NCBI GenBank assembly: GCA_032718475.1
Contig: JAUCBJ010002753.1
Location: forward strand, 28,499-92,498
Source of the DNA: Nemertoderma westbladi
Taxonomy: Eukaryota > Animalia > Xenacoelomorpha
Direction of reading: 5' to 3'
Length of the DNA stretch: 64,000 nucleotides
The translations under genes and the position numbers were made by a program. Numbering within the stretch: the stretch's first letter is position 1; each line of letters starts with the position of its first letter. The notes under the pieces are model-generated. The model saw only the letters and a program-made list of their open reading frames with translations, had not been told where the DNA came from and made no database searches. This document shows, one piece after another, positions 52,757 through 64,000 of this stretch.

Positions 52757-53194
52757 CAGGATCATAAACTAATATAATGACATTTAACTGCGAGGCATAT
52801 AGTAGTCAGCTCGTTCAACCTAATTTGTTCGTACCAGATCAGACTGCAGAGCTCAGTCTCAGTTTGAGAGCCAGTAAACTCAGGACAAGCAAACGAATCA
52901 ACTATGACTGGGAGAAACTCAGAACTGAAAATGCAGTAAAGGAAGCTCACACAGTAAAAAGTTCAAAATTGCAAGAGAGAAGATGTTAAGATACTCCTAC
53001 TCCAAAGTAAAAACTAAAAGTAAAAAGGGGAAAATCCACCACCAATTTGGACTAAATGTCAACTAAAGCCTCTCCCCAAGAAAGAAAGGCGACCTCGGTA
53101 TACCAACAAACTATCGTGGGATCTGTCTGCTTGTGGTAGCTGCCAAAATATACAATAAAATGATTCTATATAGGATTAGGCCTCACATAGAGAA
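52757..53194 (+). mobile_element. Second fragment of the RTE family at 24-25.8 kb
   Basis: ~53024-53194 closely matches ~24524-24690; the upstream part (DHKLI, YDWEKL) may be endonuclease end/linker. Confidence 0.8.
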
Positions 53195-54413
53195 TGTTGC
53201 TCTTTTATGTTGCGTTTTATTCACATTTTTTTTTATATAGGCCTATGTTATAAACACGTAAAGTTGAAAAAATATTTCTATCATAACAAAAAAAATCTGC
53301 CATATTTTAAAATAAATAAATAAAATCTGAAATATTTAAAAAAAATACAATAATATTGTATAAATGTTGGGTAACGGCAATATGTTCCAGAACCTTTATA
53401 TGTATCAAAACTTAAAAATAGCTACATAAAAAGTATTATAAAATGATCAATAATGCTTGATAGGGCCGTGGTGATGGAGACGTTTTAAAATTATTTTCAA
53501 ACAACAATTGTAAAGCGAAAATACAAATCTTTTTAAATGTAAGTATTATACAATATTCTATATATTAAATGGTGGTGTACATTAAGTATATTACCTTTAA
53601 AATGGACGTAATAACTTCGATAGAATCGGGTTCCCAAAATAGTTAGGTCTTCAAGCTCACCATCTCCCAAATCCAACGGAATCTTCACATTTCCAGCCAA
53701 TTCTTCGTATCGTGGCAATCTTGTTTCGCAAATGCCAAAGTCCTTTCTCATATTGCTATCGCTGCATTTTTCTAGCGTTTCCAACTTTTGGATTTTTTGG
53801 ATCTAACGCCTTACATAAGGCGGTAGATCCAGATAAGACAATCTTTCTCAAAACTAAATGTCATTATTAATCACAATATTTTTTAATTATTTTAGTCAAA
53901 GCACTCGTCGCCTCCAACTCTCTTTAAGGTCATTTTCATTGCCTAAATGTACTTATTACTGCAGTGTTTTGAATCATAATAAATTTTCATTGCCTAACTA
54001 AATATAACTTATTACTGCAATGTTTTGAATCATAAAAACATAATATTCTAGAATGTTTAATGTTGTTGCTAACACATTCTCTACATAGATTAACATTTTT
54101 TTGGTAATTTTGTTATGATTTTATCCTCCAAACAAACGGCAATAAAAAAAATTGCTCAACCTTTCCCAAAGTCTTTATAGCGAAAATTTATTGTTATAAT
54201 GTTGAACAACATAATGAGCAAATAAAATTGCAGTCATACGCTGGAGAACGGTTCGTCAGTAAAATGTACCAAGCGTCTACTCGACTATAAGTTATTGTTC
54301 TCTGGCACATTTTTCAAGAATAGCATTAAATCTTTAATTAAAATTAACGTGACATATTTTAAAAAATATGCAAAAACAGGAAAATGGCAATGAATACAGA
54401 ATTCAATACTTCA

Positions 54414-56690
54414 TAATAGGTTGGCCTAATTATAATATATTAATTATTAATAGGTTGGCCTAATTATAATATATTAATTATTAATAGGTTGGCCTAATTA
54501 TAATATATTAATTATTAATAGGTTGGCCTAATTATAATATATTAATTATTAAGAGGTTGGCCTAATTATAATATATTAATTACTAATAGGTTGGCCTAAT
54601 TATAATATATTAATTATTAAGAGGTTGGCCTAATTATAATATATTAATTATTAATAGGTTGGCCTAATTATAATATATTAATTATTAATAGGTTGGCCTA
54701 ATTATAATATATTAATTATTAATAGGTTGGCCTAATTATAATATATTAATTATTAATAGGTTGGCCTAATTATAATATATTAATTATTAATAGGTTGGCC
54801 TAATTATAATATATTAATTATTAATAGGTTGGCCTAATTATAATATATTAATTATTAATAGGTTGGCCTAATTATAATATATTAATTATTAAGAGGTTGG
54901 CCTAATTATAATATATTAATTACTAATAGGTTGGCCTAATTATAATATATTAATTATTAAGAGGTTGGCCTAATTATAATATATTAATTATTAATAGGTT
55001 GGCCTAATTATAATATATTAATTATTAATAGGTTGGCCTAATTATAATATATTAATTATTAATAGGTTGGCCTAATTATAATATATTAATTATTAATAGG
55101 TTGGCCTAATTATAATATATTAATTATTAATAGGTTGGCCTAATTATAATATATTAATTATTAATAGGTTGGCCTAATTATAATATATTAATTATTAATA
55201 GGTTGGCCTAATTATAATATATTAATTATTAAGAGGTTGGCCTAATTATAATATATTAATTATTAATAGGTTGGCCTAATTATAATATATTAATTATTAA
55301 GAGGTTGGCCTAATTATAATATATTAATTATTAATAGGTTGGCCTAATTATAATATATTAATTATTAATAGGTTGGCCTAATTATAATATATTAATTATT
55401 AATAGGTTGGCCTAATTATAATATATTAATTATTAATAGGTTGGCCTAATTATAATATATTAATTATTAAGAGGTTGGCCTAATTATAATATATTAATTA
55501 TTAATAGGTTGGCCTAATTATAATATATTAATTATTAAGAGGTTGGCCTAATTATAATATATTAATTATTAAGAGGTTGGCCTAATTATAATATATTAAT
55601 TATTAAGAGGTTGGCCTAATTATAATATATTAATTATTAATAGGTTGGCCTAATTATAATATATTAATTATTAAGAGGTTGGCCTAATTATAATATATTA
55701 ATTATTAAGAGGTTGGCCTAATTATAATATATTAATTATTAATAGGTTGGCCTAATTATAATATATTAATTATTAATAGGTTGGCCTAATTATAATATAT
55801 TAATTATTAAGAGGTTGGCCTAATTATAATATATTAATTATTAAGAGGTTGGCCTAATTATAATATATTAATTATTAAGAGGTTGGCCTAATTATAATAT
55901 ATTAATTATTAAGAGGTTGGCCTAATTATAATATATTAATTATTAATAGGTTGGCCTAATTATAATATATTAATTATTAAGAGGTTGGCCTAATTATAAT
56001 ATATTAATTATTAATAGGTTGGCCTAATTATAATATATTAATTATTAATAGGTTGGCCTAATTATAATATATTAATTATTAAGAGGTTGGCCTAATTATA
56101 ATATATTAATTATTAATAGGTTGGCCTAATTATAATATATTAATTATTAAGAGGTTGGCCTAATTATAATATATTAATTATTAAGAGGTTGGCCTAATTA
56201 TAATATATTAATTATTAAGAGGTTGGCCTAATTATAATATATTAATTATTAATAGGTTGGCCTAATTATAATATATTAATTATTAAGAGGTTGGCCTAAT
56301 TATAATATATTAATTATTAAGAGGTTGGCCTAATTATAATATATTAATTATTAATAGGTTGGCCTAATTATAATATATTAATTATTAATAGGTTGGCCTA
56401 ATTATAATATATTAATTATTAAGAGGTTGGCCTAATTATAATATATTAATTATTAAGAGGTTGGCCTAATTATAATATATTAATTATTAAGAGGTTGGCC
56501 TAATTATAATATATTAATTATTAAGAGGTTGGCCTAATTATAATATATTAATTATTAATAGGTTGGCCTAATTATAATATATTAATTATTAAGAGGTTGG
56601 CCTAATTATAATATATTAATTATTAATAGGTTGGCCTAATTATAATATATTAATTATTAAGAGGTTGGCCTAATTATAATATATTAATTA
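54414..56690. repeat. 34 bp AT-rich minisatellite (TAA[T/G]AGGTTGGCCTAATTATAATATATTAATTAT), ~67 copies
   Basis: ttggcc at 54421 and 54455; nearly invariant units. Confidence 0.97.
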
Positions 56691-57319
56691 CTTTCATATA
56701 CTAATTGCTGTTCTACAGCACTACCAGATTTTTTTTCAATAACTCGAAATTTAATTCTTTTACAGATACACCAATTAAACAAATTAATTACTTTTGAAAA
56801 TAAAAATTAAATCATGGAAAATATAAAGGAGTTTGAATAATAAAGCACAAGATTACGTCACTACCGGATATATGTGCCAATCCTTTAAGTTTCGCATATA
56901 TGCCTGAAGAATATAATTAATTATGTAGGCCTACCACATATATTTTATTTATGTATCAATGTCAAAATTGTGCCAGAAACATTAAATGTGTGCCACAAAA
57001 TGTAATATGGGACGGAATTTATAAATATGTTTTTAAAAAAGTTGCCAAAAGTAAATCACAGCCGACGAAACAATTTTTTAGGAGGGGGGGGGGGGGGGGG
57101 GGGAATTTATGTAATTTTTCATTTAAAAAATGGGGAAATAATATTAAATAAAAAAAAATAATTAAAAATTAATTAATTAAAAAAAATATTAAATTAATAA
57201 AAGTGCGTGAAAATTTATTGAATCTTATGAAAGTAAAACTTGCAAAAAACGTTTATGAAATGGCGGAGGTGTGCTTAGTATTTTTCGTCCGAAAAAATGT
57301 CATTCTGAGATAATCGCAT

Positions 57320-57676
57320 GCAAAGTTGAAACCTTCCCGCGCAAAACTACCTGTACGGGGTCTGATTGGTTAATAGTGTCTGACAGGAAGGAAGCACAGA
57401 GCTAAAATTATATTTATGGGGGTTTTCGGGGTCGCTGATTTTATTGCCAACGTCATTTTTAATATTTGGTGGAATCTAGTCTGTCGGTTGACTGTCTTAC
57501 ATTGTGACAGACATATTGGCAGACAGATATTCCACGATAACTCGAGAACTGAAAGAGATCTCTCTAAGCCGTTTTCAGATTTGAAATCCCCATTAAATTC
57601 TGTTTTAGATGCAATAAAAAATAAATTTCTGAAATTTTTATTTTCGAAGGGGGTGGGGGGCTACCCCTCCCCTTAA
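57320..57676. mobile_element. Second copy of the AACCTTCCCGCGCAA / GGGGTTTTCGGGGTCGCTGATTT repeat family, ending in a G/C hairpin + TTAA
   Basis: Motifs shared with 43940-44674; aagggggtgggggg-cta-cccctcccctt hairpin. Confidence 0.6.
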
Positions 57677-58624
57677 TATAGGCCTAATAGGCAAAACCAC
57701 ACGGTCTTTCATGCAAAACCCAATACCAGTACCTTCATTAATTTTCATTTTGAGAAAACGCAAACGACTTTGGACATTCCGAGATTGGTCCCCCATAGGT
57801 TTGTTTTTGTAGTGTATGGTTATGGTTAACTTATCAAAAATCCGTTTTTGTTTCCCATAATTAAATAATTACTCTTAAGGGGGGGTGGGGGGGGGGGGGG
57901 GTGGGGGCACCATTATGAAAGTTTTTTTATATGATAGATCAAAGATGGGGCAACATAACTATCAGGCGAAATTTTGTGAAAATCATTTTGCACCGCTAGG
58001 TGGCGCTGCAAATTTATGCTAATTTTTTAGGTTTGTTATAAATAGTAGGCCTATTAATTTTTATAGTTGTCTTAGTTAATATAAATAAATAAAATAGTAG
58101 ATAGAAAAATAGATAGAATATAAAAAATAGTTAATTTCAAAAGTTGTCTGATAATTTTATGCAGGGTGGCTATGTAGACACCCACATAAATTTTCAGACT
58201 AATTGCTCAAAAATTGTAGACTTTTGGGGTTTTGAAGTTGACAATTTCAAAAAAAAAATATTTGGAGATAATCGACCTTTCATTATACATAGTACTTTTC
58301 TGAGATACTGTGCTTTGTTTGTCATGTAACTTTTTGGAGATGATGGGTTCTGTGATACAAATTTCTTAATTAGTATATCCTTGACTGGTCGATAAATGGG
58401 AACCAGCCATCTTGGAAAACAAAATGAAAGGGTTTACTGTGGCATTCATTGGCCTAACCAGCCTAAAAGATTATCCCATTCAACTTAATTCGTATAATAT
58501 GTATTTTGTATACGATGTGCTACAATAATGTTGTGGTGATTCAAGATTTGGCAATTTCAAAACCCAGTATATCTCCATCGAGGTTCATTTAGGGAAGGTG
58601 TAAATATTATGGATATCGCATGAT

Positions 58625-59790
58625 TGATGACCCCATCAATAAACTCTCACAAATACTTGCCAGTACGTAGATAAGCTATTGTTTTAACTACCTAAGTAAT
58701 AAAAATATGAATTTGCTAACCATAATATATTATGTAATATAATAGTTCTGTAAACTCCAATAAGACCCAACCAGTACCTGTAAACTCCAATAGGATAAGA
58801 CTCAACCAGATCTGTAAACTCCAATAAGACCCAACCAGTTCTGTAAACACCAATAAGACCCAACCAGTAACTGTAAATTCCAATAAGACCCAAACTGTAA
58901 CTGTAAACTCTAATAAAACCCAACCAGTTCTGTAAACTCCAATAAGACCCAACAAGTTCTGTAAACACCAATAAGACCCAACCAGTAACTGTAAATTCCA
59001 ATAAGACCCAAACTGTAACTGTAAACTCTAATAAGACCCAACCAGTTCTGTAAACTCCAATAAGACCCAACCAGTAACTGTAAACTCCAATAAGACCCAA
59101 ACGGTAACTGTAAACTCTAATAAGACCCGCAGCAGTTCTGTAAACTCTAATAAGACCCGCAGCAGTTCTGTAAACTCCAATAAGATTCAACCAGTTCTAT
59201 AAACTGATGACCCCATATTGATGACCCCATCAATAAACTCTCACAAATACTTGCCAGTACGTAGATAAGCTATTGTTTTAACTACCTAAGTAATAAAAAT
59301 ATGAATTTGCTAACCATAATATATTATATAATATAATAGTTCTGTAAACTCCAATAAGACCCAACCAGTAACTGTAAACACCAATAAGACCCAACCAGTA
59401 CCAGTAAAACTCCAATAGGATAAGACCCAACCAGTACCAGTAAAACTCCAATAGGATAAGACCCAACCAGATCTGCAAACTCCAATAAGACCCAACCAGT
59501 TCTGGATACACCAATAAGACCCAACCAGTAACTGTAAATTCCAACAAGACCCAAACTGTAACTGTAAACTCTAATAAGACCCAACCAGTAACTGTAAACT
59601 CCAATAAGACCCAACCAGTAACTGTAAACTCCAATAAGACCCAAACTGTAACTGTGTAAGCGGATTCAATTCCGTGCATTACCCACCCAAAATGGGACTA
59701 GTGGCATTTTACCAATATAGTTGTGGATGTGAGATTACAAATAATAAGTAAACTCCAATAAGACCCAACCAGTACCAGTAAAACTCAAAT
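58625..59790. repeat. Composite duplication: ~120 bp unique head + 29-30 bp array (CTGTAAACTCCAATAAGACCCAACCAGT..), present twice
   Basis: Head at ~58625 and ~59219, each followed by the array. Confidence 0.9.
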
Positions 59791-60539
59791 AAACTCCCTA
59801 TTAATTAATACCGGGTTATAAAATAATGTTGTACCGAATACCGCGAGGGGGGCCATATTACCCCCCCCCCCCCCCCACTCTAAAATCCAAATTTTTTTTT
59901 ACGAAAACGTCTCATTTTTCGTTGGTACTACTTGTTTGGTTCGTTGGTTCACGAGACTATCATCAGAACAAAAAAATATTTTCGAAAACATTTACCGGGG
60001 TGGTTTTTTTCCAGCACCAAAATTTCGATTAGATAACAATTTTCAAAAAATATGAAAGTTACAATTTTCACCTAATCTTTTCTCAATAATGTTTTCAGAG
60101 GCGCTGAAATCAGTGGAATACATTTCTAATTCTTCAGATCATAGCTACTCGTATCTTTCAATGAAATAATGGCAAATTTTGGTGCAGACCGAAAAAAAAT
60201 TTGGAAAAAAGTACTGGGGTCGTTATTTTGACACACCAAAATACAAGTAGTGAACAATTTTCATAAAATTTGAAAGTTACAATTTTCGATTAATTGTTTT
60301 TCAATGCAGATTTTCTGGGGCCCAAAATCCATTGAAAAATATTTAAAAATAATCTGATTACTATAAATGGCTGTTTTAGTCCTTTACGTAGGCATAAAAT
60401 GAAAAAAACAAGTAACAGTAACCAGCACTTTTCAGTTTGAACACAAAATTTCTAATTCACTTATATGATGCTATAAATTCACATTTTCAGGTGAAATACA
60501 TTTCTAATTTGCCAGATCCTAGCTACTCGTATTTTTCGG

Positions 60540-61340
60540 CGTAATATGGCAAATTTTGGTGCTAGCACCACATTTCGTACCCATCACCAAAAAGTACAAG
60601 TTTGAGATGTCCAGTGCAGTTTTTATTGATTCCATCGGATTCAGGACGCTCATAAACCCTTATAACGCAAGAAACAAGATGAAACTATCTATTTGATCAA
60701 TTTGCTTACTTTTAAAAATTTGGTGCTGCCACAACAATTTTCATCCACCGGCGAATAATACAAGTTTGAAAACTCTTATCCAATTTTTTCTTATTCCATT
60801 GAATTCAGACCCTCACAAACCCTTATAACGCAAGAAACAAGGTGACACAATCAATTGATAGGCCCTACATTTGATGGAAATAAAAATTTGGTCCAAATTT
60901 TGCGCCCACTTCCGTAAAATACAAGTTTGAGATGTCTAGTTAGTTAATTATTAATTCCATTGAATTCAGAACCGCCATAAACCTCTGCAACGCGAGAAAT
61001 AGGTTGCCACAATCAATTGCACAATTGAATGTATTTTCAAAATTTCGTGCGGGCACCAAATTTTGCATACAGCACCGTAAAATACAAGTTTGAGACCCCT
61101 GGGGCAACTCGTATACAGTATATTCCATCGAAACCATAACCCCAAAAACCCCTAATGCGCAAAAAACAGGTTCAAACAATCTATTTACAAAATTGACATA
61201 TTTCAAAATTTGGTGTGGCACCAAAATTTGGCAACGGCCGAAAAAAAACAAGTTTGAAATTTCTAAATTAATTTATATGAATTCCGTCTAATTGCAAACA
61301 CCAAAAAAACGGTGTAAATCAAAAATAGAGATGTTACAAA
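60540..61340. repeat. Diverged ~160 bp tandem sub-repeats (TACAAGTTTGA...ATTCCAT...AAACCC), 5 copies, probably inside a larger DNA element (~59800-61550)
   Basis: acaagtttga anchors at ~60596, 60760, 60921, 61084, 61248. Confidence 0.75.
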
Positions 61341-61555
61341 TCATATTTCATCAATGTAATTTTCAAAAAACGTCTCAAAAAAGTGCTAAAAGTAGGGTTA
61401 AAACATGGTGCTATAACTCAAAACTTCTCAATATTTTTGAAAACCGTTTTCACTATTAGGAAGACAATCGATTTTTATGAAAAGCCATACAATTTCAGAT
61501 TCCCAACTCTAAGGAATTCAGAGTTATAAAAAAAAACCAGGGTTTAATTGGGTTA

Positions 61556-61735
61556 GGCCGCGTTCACACTCCCGAGTCAAAGTCAAAATGTAAATCATAA
61601 TCACATGAAATTAAATATTTTCTAGAATGCCCGGTTATGTATTATATTGGGCCTATATAATGTATTATTATTTATTATTGCTAGCTAGCTGTATTTATTT
61701 TCTTTCGACTTTGACTCGGAAGTGTGAACGCGGCC
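61556..61735. mobile_element. 180 bp MITE, PIF/Harbinger-like TIR GGCCGCGTTCACACT(C/T)CCGAGTCAAAGTC
   Basis: ~29 bp near-perfect TIRs, flanked by TTA and TAA. Confidence 0.85.
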
Positions 61736-63294
61736 TAAAAGAAAAAGGCCGCACATAGGAATAATAATAAATTGTATAAATAGACCGACCATTGTTTATT
61801 TATGTTTATGTACTATGTTTATGTTTTTAAGTTCTTCCGCCTACTAAGTAATTCGCATATTGATCTTGATACTGACTTAGGAGTCAGTTGTTGTGCCTGC
61901 TGGTGTCGGTCTATTGTTGTCTGTGTTTAGGTATTATACCGGCAGCCTTGACAAAGACATGTACGTGTAATTATATTATATCGGTCGAAATATTGGCAAT
62001 AATAAAGATTTAGGTTACTGAATTAGATCATTCACTACTTATTTAGAACTAAATATTTAATAAAAGATAAAACTAAAAAGTGTTATATAAGAGTGTTATA
62101 TACAAAATATAGTGAACTGTAGTATTTTACTACACTATATAATGCTTCCATATTAACTACATAAACCAATATTGGATATTGAGTTCCGCTTTTGAGTAGG
62201 CCTACAACGGCCCTACGCCTTAAATGTTCTAGAACAAAAAACTTTCTTATAGAACACGAATATTTAATTACTAAATATCTATCGTATAGAGTAATCTTCT
62301 TTTATGGTCTTGTAACCCCGTGATCTACTATAACAGTTATGGATGATCCCGAAAATAGTAAAATAATTCTAAAATTGGTGGTAATTCATAGTCATTTTTG
62401 TTGCAAAATTATGAAAATGAGAAAGTTTCAAATTTTTGTGGAAAGCTATTAGATACGGTTTCATCATTCAACTTTTTACACTTCTGTTATCCGCATATAA
62501 GAAATAATCTCGAATTTTTCAGAAGCTCAACAAGTCCTTATAGCCATTGAAGAATTATCAACTCCGGTCGTATTATTTATTACTTATTATCCTATTCCCG
62601 GAGTGTAAACCTGTAACACATTTTTCATTATGAAATGCTTATATTTAATTTTAACAATTTGTAGGCCTACAATGTTTCAATGAGGATTTTAAACGTAACT
62701 GTAACTTCTAAGTAAGAGTCAAGCTGGACCTGACGATGCGTGCAAGTTCGAGCGAATAAAATAAATATGTAACTATGCTCCTAAAATTAATGAGAATTTC
62801 ATCAAAAACTATATGTTACAGGAATTAAAATTATTGTCACTCCAAAAACGTATTCAACACCAAATAACATAAAGTGACCCAAAATAAAATTAGTCAAACA
62901 GCAAAATTAGGGATGTCCCGGAAACTATATTTTGATTCAGGAATTTTGTATAATTAGTGAAAAACACTAAATAACCCGATGAAACTTTATACCATTAACT
63001 TTATAGCTCTACGTTGACCTAAAACCTATGGCTTAACGCCATTAGGGTACTTTGGTACAATATCATTATCTCATTAAGTGACATGAGCAGGCTACAGTAC
63101 AGTTATTCAAACCAAAATATTACTCGAATTAATTAAAAGATTAAACAGTTTAATAGAAATAAAACTACTGTATTATGCAGTACCTAACGCTAACGACACA
63201 GGACCTAATGTTACAGGTCATAATGTCGCAGGACCTGTATGTAGTGTAATTACGTTTATATTAGTTTTAGCAGGTTGGAAAGTCCAATTTAATT

Positions 63295-64000
63295 AAATTA
63301 CTACTTTTTGCGGATGATACAAATATTTTTATCTCTGGGAAAAATATTAATAACTTGTTCGACATTCTTAACCATGAATTATCTTAAGTATCTGATTGGC
63401 TCGCATTGAATAGATTATCAATCAATATCTCAAAAACAACATTTGTTATTTTTACTTCACGGCCAAATAAATCGCGCCATGCTGTTCTAGTACTAAACAT
63501 TGGAGAGTCTGCAATAAAAGAAGTTGATAATATAAAATTCTTAGGCCTATTTATTTCCAACTCACTCTCTTGGAAACCTCATATTGACTACGTAAGACTA
63601 AAGGTTGCAAAAAACTTTGGCATAATTAACAAATCAAACATTTCGTCCCTGAATCGGTCCGAATTACTCTGTACCACACATTAATATCTTATTATCTTTC
63701 TTACGGCCTTGAATTGTGGGGAAACTGTAGTGTACGTATTATACTTTTATAACCATACAAATATCATACTGCCGATCTATTTTTCAAGCTGAACATTTTA
63801 AAATTAAAATTCCTATTCCGTTTTAAATCCATTCAATTTTTATATAAATATAGAATGGGTTGTTCTCGCTTACCGACCACGCTTACTTGTAAACGAATTT
63901 TGAACAAACAAATTCACAGTCGAAACACTAGATCAAAAAATGATTATCATTTGCCATTATATAGAACTAACATTGCAAAATCATCTTCTCTCTATCAGTG
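63295..64000 (+). mobile_element. Decayed CR1/L2-type LINE 3' fragment
   Basis: LLFADDTNIF, WLALNRLSINISKT, KFLGL, LSWKPHI, later NTRSK; frameshifted. Confidence 0.85.

Noticed and set aside
58684-59679. Hydrophobic repeat ORFs on the minus strand
   Set aside because: Translations of the 29-30 bp array

Overview
AT-rich eukaryotic (metazoan, probably marine invertebrate) genomic DNA, not prokaryotic. It holds the last ten coding exons of an EFCAB6-like multi-EF-hand gene (+, 3737-20135), an intronless 12-finger C2H2 gene (+, 32534-35218), a young full-length GalEa-type Ty1/copia LTR retrotransposon (-, 46814-52291) with one in-frame TGA, decayed RTE and CR1/L2-type LINEs, SINE remnants and several MITE/foldback DNA elements. 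Roughly a quarter of the window is unrelated minisatellites (17-41 bp units). The main observation is that two minisatellites appear to be amplified splice junctions of the EFCAB6-like gene. A 32-bp array gives ~58 tandem copies of one acceptor, of which only the last is productive. A 40-41-bp array looks like dozens of copies of the upstream donor. A ~2.2-kb Mutator-like element with an 8-bp target-site duplication appears to carry captured DNA. All calls were made by eye; no searches were run.
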